Of a DNA stretch of 64,000 nt, positions 49,357 to 58,862 are shown in pieces; the first letter of the stretch is position 1; the number at the start of each line of letters is the position of its first letter. The translations under genes were made by a program, and so were the position numbers. The stretch covers positions 96,001 to 160,000 of the forward strand of contig CAWBVY010000001.1 of the NCBI GenBank assembly GCA_963792415.1, read 5' to 3'. The stretch is from Candidatus Deferrimicrobiaceae bacterium (GTDB lineage: Bacteria > Desulfobacterota > Deferrimicrobia > Deferrimicrobiales > Deferrimicrobiaceae). The notes under the pieces were generated by a model. That model had not been told where the DNA came from. It saw nothing but the letters and a program-made list of their open reading frames with translations, and did not search any database.

Positions 49357-50744
49357 CCGCGCACCGCGGATTCCTCGAGGAAGATCTTCCCCGGGTTGAG
49401 GATCCCGTTGGGGTCGAAGCACTCCTTGAGCCGTTTCATCACCGCGACGCCGAGCGGGCCGACCTCCATCTCCAGGAACGGCGCCTTGGAGATCCCCACC
49501 CCGTGCTCTCCCGAGATCGTCCCCCCCATCTCGACGGTCTTCCGGAAAACCTCCTCTACCGCCTCCTCCGCGCGCCGCGTCTCGTCCGCGTCCGTGCCCG
49601 AGATCATGATGTTCACGTGGATGTTGCCGTCCCCCGCGTGGCCGAAGTTCACGATCCGCACGTTCCTCCGGTCGGAGAGCTCGGCGAGGAAGTCGAACAT
49701 GTCGGCGAGGCGGCTCCGCGGGACGACGATGTCCTCGTTGAGCTTGACCGCCCCGAGCTGGAGCAGGGTCGGGGAGATCGAGCGGCGCAACTTCCAGAGC
49801 TCGTCCCTCCCCTGCGCGTCGGAAGCCCGCCGGACTTCGATGGCCCCGTGGGCGCGGCACACCTGCGTGAGGAGGTCCGCCTCCCGCGCGACCTGGCCCT
49901 CCGGCCCGTCGACCTCCAGCAGCAGGGCGCTCCCGGTTCCCTCGGGGAGCGGGACGGGCATCAGCGCCTGCACGCAGTCGATGGCGGTGCGGTCCATCAG
50001 CTCCATCGCGGAGGGGGTCACCCGCGCCGCGACGATGGCGTTGACGGCCTCGGCGGACCGGCGGTTCCCGGGGAACAGCGCCAGCAGCGTCGCCGCCGCC
50101 TCGGGCAGCGGTATGAGCCGGAGCGTCGCCCGCGTGACGATCCCGAGGGTCCCCTCGGACCCCACGAGCATCCGGGTGAGGTCGTACCCGACCACCCCTT
50201 TCACCGTGGCGACGCCGGTGCGGACGAGTTCCCCGGTTCCCAGAACCGCCTCGAGGCCGAGGACGTAGTCGCGCGTGACGCCGTACTTCACCGCGCACAT
50301 TCCCCCCGCGCACTCGGCGATGTTGCCCCCGAGGGTGCTGAATTTCAGCGACGCCGGGTCCGGCGGATAGAAGAGCCCGTGCTTCCTCGCCTCCAGCTTG
50401 AGCGTCTCCGTCACCACCCCCGGCTCGACGACGGCGTACAGGTTCCCGGCGTCGATCGAAACGATCCGGTCCATCCGCTCCGTGGAGAGGACGACCCCGC
50501 CCCGGACCGGCAGCGAACCGCCGGAGAGACCGGAGCCCGCGCCCCGCGGGACGACCGGAAACCTGTGCAGGTTCGCGAGGAGGACGGTCTGCCGGACCTC
50601 TTCGGCGGTTACCGGGTAGACGACGGCGTCGGGAAGGAACTTCTTCCGGGTGGCGTCGAACGAGTAGCAGATGCGCGTCTCGAGGGAGGTCCGCAGGCGG
50701 TCGCCGAACAGATCCCCCAGCGCGGAAAGGGCTTCAGCGTTCAT
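49353..50744 (-). CDS. glcD: FAD-linked oxidase, GlcD-like
   Basis: PRGAGSGLSGG, YPPDPAS, KYGVTRDYV, GHAGDGNIH, SGEHGVG, NPGK. Confidence 0.92.
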   Translation of the reverse strand: MNAEALSALGDLFGDRLRTSLETRICYSFDATRKKFLPDAVVYPVTAEEVRQTVLLANLHRFPVVPRGAGSGLSGGSLPVRGGVVLSTERMDRIVSIDAGNLYAVVEPGVVTETLKLEARKHGLFYPPDPASLKFSTLGGNIAECAGGMCAVKYGVTRDYVLGLEAVLGTGELVRTGVATVKGVVGYDLTRMLVGSEGTLGIVTRATLRLIPLPEAAATLLALFPGNRRSAEAVNAIVAARVTPSAMELMDRTAIDCVQALMPVPLPEGTGSALLLEVDGPEGQVAREADLLTQVCRAHGAIEVRRASDAQGRDELWKLRRSISPTLLQLGAVKLNEDIVVPRSRLADMFDFLAELSDRRNVRIVNFGHAGDGNIHVNIMISGTDADETRRAEEAVEEVFRKTVEMGGTISGEHGVGISKAPFLEMEVGPLGVAVMKRLKECFDPNGILNPGKIFLEESAVRG

Positions 50745-50804
50745 CAGGAAAGTTTACCACACGCCCAACGAGCACCCGCGGTAACGCCGCTACTCCGCGG
50801 GGGG

Positions 50805-51572
50805 CTACCCCTCGAGGGAGTGGACGAAGGAGGCGATGACCGCGTTGACCTCGGCCGCCTTCTCCAGCATCGCGAGGTGGCCGGCGTCGTGGATGATCTT
50901 GAGCACCGCGCCGGGGATGTTGACGGCGAGGTACTCCCCGTACTTCAGCGGCGTGAGGCGGTCGTCGTCGCCGTTGATCACGAGCGTGGGGACCCGGATC
51001 CCGCCCAGGCGATCCATCACGTCGAACCCGTTGCACGCGTGGAAATCGGCGAGGAAGGTCGCGGGCCGGGTGGAGAGAATGTCGCTGGCGACGTCTTCGC
51101 GAAGCAGGTCGGACGATGCGGCCGACGTCATCCAGCCGACGAACTCGGGCGCGAACTCCTGGAAGCGCTCGCCCATCCCCTCGAAGATCACCGGGCTGAT
51201 CCGGAGCCGCGCGCCGGTGCCGATGAGGACGAGGGCCTCCAGCCCCCTGATTCCGCTCAGGGCGGCCTGGAGGGCGATCGCCCCGCCCATCGAGTGCCCG
51301 GCGAGGAGGAACCGGTCGAGGCCGATCTCCTTCACGAAGTCGGCGACCCACGCGGCGCAGGCGTCCACGCTCTCCAGGGGGGGGCCTCCGCTGCGGCCGT
51401 GCCCGGGAAGATCGGGGATCACGAGCCGCGCCACCCCCTTCAGCCCCGCCCACTGGTCCCGGAACGTGTGGTGGGAGCCCCCGGACCCGTGGAGGAAGAC
51501 GATCGCCCGGCGGCTCGCCTTCAAGCTGTCCTGGAACTGGACGACCTGGCCCTGGACGGTGGTTTCCGGCAT
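50805..51572 (-). CDS. Alpha/beta hydrolase
   Basis: FLHGSGG, DLPGHGRS, GHSMGG nucleophile, AGH. Confidence 0.9.
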   Translation of the reverse strand: MPETTVQGQVVQFQDSLKASRRAIVFLHGSGGSHHTFRDQWAGLKGVARLVIPDLPGHGRSGGPPLESVDACAAWVADFVKEIGLDRFLLAGHSMGGAIALQAALSGIRGLEALVLIGTGARLRISPVIFEGMGERFQEFAPEFVGWMTSAASSDLLREDVASDILSTRPATFLADFHACNGFDVMDRLGGIRVPTLVINGDDDRLTPLKYGEYLAVNIPGAVLKIIHDAGHLAMLEKAAEVNAVIASFVHSLEG

Positions 51573-51706
51573 CTTTCCCCCCGTGGAGATCGGTACCCCA
51601 AGTATATCGAAATCGCCGGACCGGTTTGCGCTAAGATTTCCCTTGAGCGGTGTACCGCCTCTCAGGTAAGAAGGGGCGACGCGACAACCCGGGGAGAAGA
51701 CACCAG

Positions 51707-53728
51707 ATGAAGACGATCGGACGCGAGATTCTGTGGAACCTGCCGCACACGGCGGCCATCATCATGTACGCCCTGTTCGGGGTGGTCCTGCTGGTGATCG
51801 CCTGGGGGGTGTACCGGCGGGTGGAAGCGTACCGCCTCGGGCGGACGGAGCGGGAGAACCGGTTCGACGACCTCCGGGGCCGGCTGCGGGATGCCGTGCG
51901 CCTCGCCCTCGGGCAGGAGCGGGTGCTGCACCGGAAGTTCGGCGGGCTCGTCCACCTGTGCATCTTCTCCGCCTTCATCGTCCTTTTCATCGTCACCTGC
52001 CTCGTCGCCGTGGAGTACGACCTCGGGTTCCGGATCCTCGACGGAAACTTCTACATCGTCTTCAAGCTCTTCGCGGAGACGTTCGGCGCGGTGATGCTGC
52101 TCGGCGTCGCCGGGGCCCTTGTCCGCCGGATCGTCTTCCGGCCCCCGGGGCTCACGAGGGAGAACGACGACACGCTGCAGCTTCTCCTCATCGGCGCCAT
52201 CGGCGTCACGGGGTTCCTGATCGAGACGGCCCGCATCGCGGCGACCCACCCGGCGATCGCCCCGATCTCCTTCATCAGCAACTCCCTCGCGCCGGCTCTC
52301 TTCGGGGGGATGCCCCTTCCGGAGATCCTGTCCGCGCACAAGGCGCTCTGGTGGACCCACCTTCTGATCGCCTTCGGGTTCCTCGCCTCCCTCCCCTTCA
52401 CGAAGATGATCCACATGGGGACGGGAGCGGCGAGCGCCTTCCTGCGGACCTCCCGCCCGAAGGGGGCGCTTCAGCCGATCCCGAACATCGAGGAGGAGGA
52501 GAATCCCGGCGTCGCCGCGGTCACCGATTTCTCCTGGAAGCAGCTCCTCTCCGCCGACGGGTGCACCAAGTGCGGCCGGTGCCAGGACGAATGCCCGGCG
52601 TTCGCGGCGGAGATGCCCCTCTCCCCCCGGGACGTGGTCCTGAAGACGAAGGACGAGCTGGGGCTGGATCTTTACGGGAGCCTCGTTCCGTCGGCGACGG
52701 AGGTGGACAAGGCCACCGGGAAGCGGGTCGTCCCCGATTTCGTCCGCGAGGTCCTCAACCCGGAAGAGATCTGGGCGTGCACCACCTGCCGGGCCTGCAT
52801 GCAGGCGTGTCCCGTGATGATCGAGCACATCGACATGATCGTCGACGTCCGCCGGGGGTACGTGGCGGCGTCGAAGGTCCCCGACCCCGTGAAGACGGCG
52901 CTGCGGAAGATGGGCGACACCGGGAACCCGTGGGGGCTGCCGCAGGACGACCGGATCGCCTGGGCGGATGGGCTGGACGTCCCCTTCGCCGCGGAGAAGA
53001 AGGAGTTCGAGTACCTGTACTGGGTCGGCTGCGCGGGGGCGTACGACCCGCGCAACCAGAAGGTCACCCGCGCCATCGTCTCCCTGCTCAACCGGGCCGG
53101 GGTGAGCTACGCGACTCTCGGGCTCGAGGAGATGTGCTGCGGGGAGTCCGCCCGGCGGATGGGAGAGGAAGGACTGTTCCAGCTGGGAATGGTCGAGATG
53201 GTGAGGGAGGTGTTCGCCGGGTACAAGGTGAGGAAGGTCATCACGCAGTGCCCCCACTGCTTCAACACGTTCCGGAACGAGTACCCCCAGTTCGGGGTGG
53301 ACGTCGAGGTCATCCACCACTCCGTCCTGCTCCGCGACCTGATCGCCCAGGGAAAGCTCTCTCCCCGGAAGGCGAACAACGTGGCGCTCGCGTTCCACGA
53401 CTCGTGCTATCTCGGCCGTCACAACGACATCTACGACGCCCCCCGGGAGGCCCTTGCCGCCATCCCGGGCGTCGCGATCAACGAGATGAAGAGGAATCGC
53501 GAGGAAGGGTTCTGCTGCGGCGCCGGCGGCGGCGGGATGTGGATGGAGTCTCCGGGAAAGCGGATCAACCACCTTCGCTTCGGGCAGGCGATGGACACGG
53601 GGGCGAACGCCGTCGGTTCGGCGTGCCCTTACTGCCTCATGATGTTCGACGACGCGATCAAGTACAACAATCTCGACGATTCGGTGAAGGCGAAAGACAT
53701 CGCGGAACTGGTGGCGGATTCGCTGTAA
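51707..53728 (+). CDS. Membrane-bound Fe-S oxidoreductase (FadF/HdrD-like: TM domain, 2x[4Fe-4S], CCG domains)
   Basis: Multi-TM N-terminus, CTKCGRCQDECP, CTTCRACMQACP, CCGESARR, HDSCYLGR, CCGAGGG. Confidence 0.9.
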   Translation: MKTIGREILWNLPHTAAIIMYALFGVVLLVIAWGVYRRVEAYRLGRTERENRFDDLRGRLRDAVRLALGQERVLHRKFGGLVHLCIFSAFIVLFIVTCLVAVEYDLGFRILDGNFYIVFKLFAETFGAVMLLGVAGALVRRIVFRPPGLTRENDDTLQLLLIGAIGVTGFLIETARIAATHPAIAPISFISNSLAPALFGGMPLPEILSAHKALWWTHLLIAFGFLASLPFTKMIHMGTGAASAFLRTSRPKGALQPIPNIEEEENPGVAAVTDFSWKQLLSADGCTKCGRCQDECPAFAAEMPLSPRDVVLKTKDELGLDLYGSLVPSATEVDKATGKRVVPDFVREVLNPEEIWACTTCRACMQACPVMIEHIDMIVDVRRGYVAASKVPDPVKTALRKMGDTGNPWGLPQDDRIAWADGLDVPFAAEKKEFEYLYWVGCAGAYDPRNQKVTRAIVSLLNRAGVSYATLGLEEMCCGESARRMGEEGLFQLGMVEMVREVFAGYKVRKVITQCPHCFNTFRNEYPQFGVDVEVIHHSVLLRDLIAQGKLSPRKANNVALAFHDSCYLGRHNDIYDAPREALAAIPGVAINEMKRNREEGFCCGAGGGGMWMESPGKRINHLRFGQAMDTGANAVGSACPYCLMMFDDAIKYNNLDDSVKAKDIAELVADSL

Positions 53729-53761
53729 CGGGGCCTTGAACGGCCCGGATCGCGCAATTAC

Positions 53762-53800
53762 AACGGAAGTTGCCGTGCGGCAACTTCCGTTTTTTCTTTT
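53762..53800 (+). terminator. Rho-independent terminator
   Basis: AACGGAAGTTGCCG-TG-CGGCAACTTCCGTT followed by a T-run. Confidence 0.85.
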
Positions 53801-53823
53801 CCAACTCTTCCTGTTGTCATACA

Positions 53824-55503
53824 ATGAACCTTGCCGGGGCAGGGCATGAAGGAGATCGCAGGAAAGGGAGGACGGCGGCCATCGACCCCCAAACCGGTAC
53901 CATCCTCTCGACTCTGCTGAAGAAACGCTTGAAAACCTTGGGGTATCCCTCTCTCCGGAAGTTCCACGCCGATCGTCCGGGCCTTGGGCTGAGCTACGAG
54001 GTGCTGCGACAGGTCGTCTACGGCGGCCATATCCCGCGGCCGGAAACCTTGTTCCGGATCCTCGGATCGATGCAATTCTCTTCCAGCCAGGTCCGCAAGA
54101 TCTGCGGAATGCACTACGGGGATTACCTCCCGATCTCCTCCGCGGTCCAGGACGCTCCCCTGACGTCCCCCGCGCAGGCGGGCGCCGGGACCCGGGAATC
54201 TCCGGCGGATCCGGGCGCGCCGTACCCCGTCGGGCGGTCCCGGCAGGAGAACGAGCCGTCTTCGACGCCGCCGGAGGAACCGGGAGAGATCCTCTCCCGC
54301 CTCCGCGCCTCCCTTCAGAGGATCCCGGTTCCCGGCAACGAGGATTTCTGGGAGATGGTCGAGGCGATGGCGCGAATCGCGGAGCAGAAGGTCCGCCGCG
54401 GCGCCGGTCGCCAGGCGGAGCAGCCGCTCCTGTTCGCCGGGGAGCCCGAGGCGATCTACCAGTTTCTCGTCCGGAAGAACCGGATCTCCCCGTTTCTCTC
54501 CCGCGGCGAAAACCTCGCGTTCGATTTCGTCGACGGGATCGACTACCGGGACCGCTTCCGTGGCGCCCTGCTGGGCTCCGCGGTCGGCGAGGCGCTCGGC
54601 AGCCTCACGCAGGGTCTGACCCCCAGGGACGTCGAGGAACTGTTCGGGGAGCTCGACGCCCTCCCGGTCATCGCCTCCGCCCGCCGGGCCGCGGCGCCGC
54701 GCGACTCTCTCCTGTTGTCGGTCGGCAGGTCCCTCCTGCCGGACGGGGTCCTCGACCCCGAGAGGACGGCCGACGCGATCGCCCGCGCGGGCCATCGGGA
54801 CGACCCCCCCGGCCTCTCGGGGTTCGCGCGCAACCTCCTCGAGCGCGGGCTCCCATGGCACGAGGCGGGGGAAAACGCCCCGGAGAGCATGCCCGCCGTA
54901 CTGGTCCTCCCCATCGCGCTGCTTCGCGCCGGGAACTTCCGGAGGCTCAAGCTGGAGGCGGGCATCCTCGCCTCCATGACGCACGTCCACCCGACGGCCG
55001 TCGCGGGGGCGATCGCGCAGGCATGCGCGGTCGCGAGAATCCTTCACACTCCCGCGTCCGCCCTCGACGTGATCTCCTTCTCCCGGGCGCTCTCTCCCGT
55101 CGTCGTCGGGATCGAGCCCGAGCGGGGGGCCCGGCCGCGGATCGGGAGATCGGCCACGACGGTGGGGAGGAAACTGGGGGCGGAGCTCCCCGCTCTCCTC
55201 CTGCGGCGCGCTTCCGTCCAGGAGATGCAGGAGGCGCTCGGGAACGGGACGGCGGCGCACGAGGGGATCCCCTTCTCCCTCGGATGCTTCCTTCGTTCGC
55301 CGGGGGATTTCGCCGAGGCGGTCATGCCCGCCGTCCGCCACGGAGGGGATGCGGGCGCCGTCGCCGCGATGGCGGGCGCGCTGAGCGGCGCGTACGTCGG
55401 GGAGTCGGGGATTCCGGAGCGGTTCCTCGGTTCCCTGCCGGGACGACGGGAACTCGGGGAAGCGGCGGAGAGGTTGCTCGCTTTGGCTGTCGGCGGCGTC
55501 TAG
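53824..55503 (+). CDS. HTH-like domain fused to a degenerate ADP-ribosylglycohydrolase (DraG/ARH) domain
   Basis: DRFRGALLGSAVGEALG, MTHVHPTA, GGDAGAVAAMAGALSGAYVG..IP. N-terminal LSYEVLRQV....IPRPETLFRI resembles an XRE HTH. Start uncertain. Confidence 0.8.
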   Translation: MNLAGAGHEGDRRKGRTAAIDPQTGTILSTLLKKRLKTLGYPSLRKFHADRPGLGLSYEVLRQVVYGGHIPRPETLFRILGSMQFSSSQVRKICGMHYGDYLPISSAVQDAPLTSPAQAGAGTRESPADPGAPYPVGRSRQENEPSSTPPEEPGEILSRLRASLQRIPVPGNEDFWEMVEAMARIAEQKVRRGAGRQAEQPLLFAGEPEAIYQFLVRKNRISPFLSRGENLAFDFVDGIDYRDRFRGALLGSAVGEALGSLTQGLTPRDVEELFGELDALPVIASARRAAAPRDSLLLSVGRSLLPDGVLDPERTADAIARAGHRDDPPGLSGFARNLLERGLPWHEAGENAPESMPAVLVLPIALLRAGNFRRLKLEAGILASMTHVHPTAVAGAIAQACAVARILHTPASALDVISFSRALSPVVVGIEPERGARPRIGRSATTVGRKLGAELPALLLRRASVQEMQEALGNGTAAHEGIPFSLGCFLRSPGDFAEAVMPAVRHGGDAGAVAAMAGALSGAYVGESGIPERFLGSLPGRRELGEAAERLLALAVGGV

Positions 55504-56642
55504 CGCAGCAAGGTTTCCTTCGCGATGACCATCCGCTGGATCTGGCTGGTCCCCTCGTAGATCTGCAGGAGCTTCGCGTCCCGCATCAGTTTTTCCACGG
55601 GGTAATCCTTCATGTAGCCGTACCCGCCGAAGATCTGGACCGCGTCGGTGGTGGCGCGCATCGCCAGGTCGGCCGCGAACGCTTTTGCGAAGGACGCCTC
55701 CTTCGTGTTCCGCCTCCCCTGGTCCGCGAGCCAGGCCGCCTTCCACGTCAGCAGCCGGGCCGCCTCGATGTCGGTCGCCATGTCCGCGAGCAGGAAATAG
55801 ATCGCCTGGTTCATCGCGATCGGCTGCCCGAACTGGACCCGCTGGCGCCCGTACTCCGCCGCGTGCTCGTACGCCGCCCGGGCGACGCCCACCGCCATCG
55901 CGGCCACCGCCGCGCGCGCGTAGTCGATCGTCCGCATCGCGATCTTGAACCCCTCCCCCTCGGCCCCGAGCCGGTTGGCTTCGGGAACCCGGACCTCCTC
56001 GAAGAGGACATCGGAAGTGTCCGAGGCGCGCTGCCCCATCTTGTCTTCCTTCTTCCCGGAAGAGACGCCGGGCGTCTCCCGCGGAACGACGAAGGCCGAC
56101 AGGCCCCTGTGCCCGCGGGATCGGTCGGTCGACGCGAACACGGTGTACTGGGACGCGTGTACGCCGTTCGTGATGAAGCATTTCCGGCCGTTCAGCACGT
56201 ACCCGTCGCCGTCCCGGCGAGCCGTCGTGGCGATCCCGCCGGCGTCCGAGCCCGCCCCCGGCTCGGTCAGGCAGAAGGAGGCGAACCGGAACTCCGTCGC
56301 GAACGGCCGGACGAACCCCCGTTTCTGCTCCTCGGTGCCCGCGAGGAGGATCGGCCCGAGCGCGAGCGCGTTGGCGTTCATCGAAGCGGCGATGCCCGAG
56401 CATCCCCAGGAGATCTCCTCCTCGAGAATGCAGGTGTCGAGCATCGTCAGCCCCTGCCCCCCGTGGATTTCGGGGATGAACCCGGTCATCAGCCCGAGGT
56501 CGAACGCCTTCCGGAACAGTTCCAGGGGAAAGACGCCGTCCCGGTCCCACTCCGCCGCCCGCGGCCGGATCTCGTTCGCCGCGAACTTGTGGACCATGTC
56601 CCGGAGCGCCTCCTGCTCCGGCGTCGGATCGAAATTCACCAT
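55500..56642 (-). CDS. Acyl-CoA dehydrogenase
   Basis: FCLTEPGAGSD, LNGRKCFITNG, QIFGGYGY, QIYEGTSQIQR. Confidence 0.95.
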   Translation of the reverse strand: MVNFDPTPEQEALRDMVHKFAANEIRPRAAEWDRDGVFPLELFRKAFDLGLMTGFIPEIHGGQGLTMLDTCILEEEISWGCSGIAASMNANALALGPILLAGTEEQKRGFVRPFATEFRFASFCLTEPGAGSDAGGIATTARRDGDGYVLNGRKCFITNGVHASQYTVFASTDRSRGHRGLSAFVVPRETPGVSSGKKEDKMGQRASDTSDVLFEEVRVPEANRLGAEGEGFKIAMRTIDYARAAVAAMAVGVARAAYEHAAEYGRQRVQFGQPIAMNQAIYFLLADMATDIEAARLLTWKAAWLADQGRRNTKEASFAKAFAADLAMRATTDAVQIFGGYGYMKDYPVEKLMRDAKLLQIYEGTSQIQRMVIAKETLLR

Positions 56643-56646
56643 GCCG

Positions 56647-57270
56647 TCAGCCCTTCGCGACGGACGCCCCGGGCACGCACAGCCCCTCCAGCAGGAGCCG
56701 GCACAGCTCGGCGGCGGTCACGGTCGGATGATACTTCGGTTTCCTCGAGAGGATATAGGTGAGGGACAACTCGTCGAGCGCACCGAAGATGGCGCGCCGC
56801 GCGATGCTGATGTTCAGGTCGGGGCGGAGGACCCCCTCTCTCCTGCCCTCCTCGAGGATGTCGCTGATGATCTCGAGGTACTCGAAGAACTTTACCGGGG
56901 TGTAATCCTTCAGGAACTTGGTGCTCTGCCGCAGCTCCACCTGGAGGACCTCGACGAGCCCCGCCTCGCGCTCCAGGAGATCCATGTGGTTCTCGATGAA
57001 GATCCTGAGTTTTTCCAAGGCGTTCCCGCCATCGGCGACCCGCCGGCGAACGTCCGCCACCACCTCCCCCATCTTCTCTTCGAAAAGGGAGATCAACAGG
57101 TCGTCCTTGTTCCTGAAGTAGAGGTAGATGGTCCCGTCCGCGACTTCGGCGGCCCGGGCGATCTCGGACACCTTCGAGTTGAAGAACCCTTTCCGGGAGA
57201 AGATCTTAACGGCGGCGCGAAGGATCCGGTCCCGTTTCCCCCCGACGCTGTTCGGTCCCCTCCTCGCCAT
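56647..57270 (-). CDS. TetR-family regulator, FadR(YsiA)-like
   Basis: ILRAAVKIFSRKGF...IARAAEVADGTIYLYFRNKDDLL, QVELRQS. Confidence 0.92.
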   Translation of the reverse strand: MARRGPNSVGGKRDRILRAAVKIFSRKGFFNSKVSEIARAAEVADGTIYLYFRNKDDLLISLFEEKMGEVVADVRRRVADGGNALEKLRIFIENHMDLLEREAGLVEVLQVELRQSTKFLKDYTPVKFFEYLEIISDILEEGRREGVLRPDLNISIARRAIFGALDELSLTYILSRKPKYHPTVTAAELCRLLLEGLCVPGASVAKG

Positions 57271-57285
57271 CCCGCCCTCCCCTTG

Positions 57286-57303
57286 TGAATGAATACCCAT
57301 TCA
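57286..57303. promoter_or_regulatory. FadR/YsiA-type operator palindrome
   Basis: TGAATGAATACCCATTCA lies between the -10 box and the RBS of the TetR gene. Confidence 0.75.
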
Positions 57304-57309
57304 CTCAGA

Positions 57310-57338
57310 AAGGTACCTTCCCTGCACGGGCATGTCAA
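57310..57338 (-). promoter_or_regulatory. sigma70 promoter of tetR-acd
   Basis: TTGACA-N17-TACCTT on the minus strand. Confidence 0.7.
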
Positions 57339-57366
57339 GGTGGGGGAATTCGGCGAAAGCCCCCGG

Positions 57367-58146
57367 CTACTCCCGGAAACCGAGGCGCGCCGAGAGGGCC
57401 TTCCCCGCCCGATCGAGCTCGGGTCCGATCTCGGCGGCGATCCTCTCGTCGGTAAGCCGGTGCGCCGGGCCGGACACGCTGATCGCGCCGACCACCTTGC
57501 GGGTGTAGTCGCGCACCGGGGCGCCGATGCAGCGCAGTCCCTCCTCGAATTCCTCGAGATCGATGGCGTAGCCACGCTCCCGGACGAGCGCGACCTCCTT
57601 GATGAAGGCATCGACATCGGTCCGGGTGGCCTTCGTGAAGCGGGGAAGCTCGCCGGAAAACAGCTTTCGCAGTTCGTCGTCGGAGTCGAAGGCCACCAGG
57701 GCCTTTCCCGCGGCGGTGGCGTGGATCGGCATGTGCAGGCCGACGCGGGAGATGACGCGGACCGTGGAGGAGGTTTCCACCGCGTCGAGGTAGACCACCT
57801 CGTTCGTCCGAAGGATGGAAATGTAGCTCGTTTCCCCCGTGGCCTCGGCAAGCTCCTGCAGAATCGGCCTTGCCTGTTTCAGCAGGCCGCGCTGGTGGAT
57901 GAAGGTCTGGCCCAGCTCGAGGCACTTGATCCCGAGGCGGTAGTTGTCGTTGGCGCGGTTCTGCTCGATGTAGTTGCGGGACTGGAGCGTCGCCAGTATG
58001 CGGAATACGTTGTTTTTATGGAGTTTCAGCTTCTTGCTGAGCTCCGTCACCCCCAGTTCCTCCGTTTCGTCCCGGAACTCCTCCAGGACATCGAGGGCGT
58101 GGGCGACCGATTGAATGATGTAGTTCGACTTGTCTCGACGGACCAT
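57367..58146 (-). CDS. IclR-family transcriptional regulator
   Basis: QSVAHALDVLE, GVTELS, HATAAGKAL, RGYAIDLEE, AISVSGP. Confidence 0.94.
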   Translation of the reverse strand: MVRRDKSNYIIQSVAHALDVLEEFRDETEELGVTELSKKLKLHKNNVFRILATLQSRNYIEQNRANDNYRLGIKCLELGQTFIHQRGLLKQARPILQELAEATGETSYISILRTNEVVYLDAVETSSTVRVISRVGLHMPIHATAAGKALVAFDSDDELRKLFSGELPRFTKATRTDVDAFIKEVALVRERGYAIDLEEFEEGLRCIGAPVRDYTRKVVGAISVSGPAHRLTDERIAAEIGPELDRAGKALSARLGFRE

Positions 58147-58195
58147 GCGAAGCCCCCTTCCAGGGGTGGAATCATTTCATAACAAAACAGTGTTA

Positions 58196-58224
58196 GGTAT
58201 ATTGGATCGGGGGCCGCATGTCAA
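58196..58224 (-). promoter_or_regulatory. Putative sigma70 promoter of iclR
   Basis: TTGACA-N17-TATACC on the minus strand. Confidence 0.5.
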
Positions 58225-58270
58225 CAGAAAGATAGAACCGGATTATATTCTTCGAATGTACTTGTTCCCC

Positions 58271-58302
58271 TGCCTACTTGTACACCTGCCTACTTGTACA
58301 CC
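58271..58302. repeat. 16-bp tandem duplication
   Basis: TGCCTACTTGTACACC x2, with degenerate flanking units; covers the stop of the TPR lipoprotein gene. Confidence 0.7.
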
Positions 58303-58862
58303 TGCTTGCCGGATCCCTGCACCGAGCGCATCCGGGCGATTTCGCCCTTCAGGTTCTCCCGGTCCGGGTAGTCCGGGATATTTTCGAGCAGCGCTTCCCA
58401 TGCCTTGATCCCGCCCTCGACATCGTTCATGTCATGGATAAGAATGATGCCGAGGTTGCGGCGGGACGGCGCGTGCCGAGGATTCGTGGAGATCGCCTTC
58501 TTGAGTTCCTCGACCGCCTGGCCGGGATTCCCGCTGCGCCGGTAGCAGATCGCCATGTCGGTTCGCACGTTCGCGTTCGTGGGGTCGATCGCGAGCGCCT
58601 TCCGGTAGTTCTCGATCGCAAGGAGATCCCGATTCGTGTCGAAGTAGAGGTTCCCGATCCCGATCAGCGCCTGCAGGTTGTTCGGGTCCTTCCGCAGGAT
58701 CTCCTTGTAATTCTCGATATCCGCCGCGGCGTTCAGCCGGATCGACTCCCCCGCCCCCGCCGGGGGGGGAGGCTGCTTCTTCTTGCACCCGGAAAACGAA
58801 AGGAGGACCGCCGGAAGGGACAACAGGAGCGCAAGCCGGAGGATATAGCCGCTTCTCTTCAT
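58290..58862 (-). CDS. TPR-repeat lipoprotein
   Basis: Lipobox LSFSG|C, followed by TPRs (ALIGIGNLYF...YRKALAIDP). Confidence 0.85.
   Translation of the reverse strand: MKRSGYILRLALLLSLPAVLLSFSGCKKKQPPPPAGAGESIRLNAAADIENYKEILRKDPNNLQALIGIGNLYFDTNRDLLAIENYRKALAIDPTNANVRTDMAICYRRSGNPGQAVEELKKAISTNPRHAPSRRNLGIILIHDMNDVEGGIKAWEALLENIPDYPDRENLKGEIARMRSVQGSGKQVYK

Noticed and set aside
46321-50268. 1315-aa plus-strand ORF (and similar long ORFs 10751..13141, 20551..22971, 42712..45303, 53758..56550)
   Set aside because: Antisense shadows of well-supported genes in high-GC DNA; Arg/Gly/Pro-rich with no motifs.
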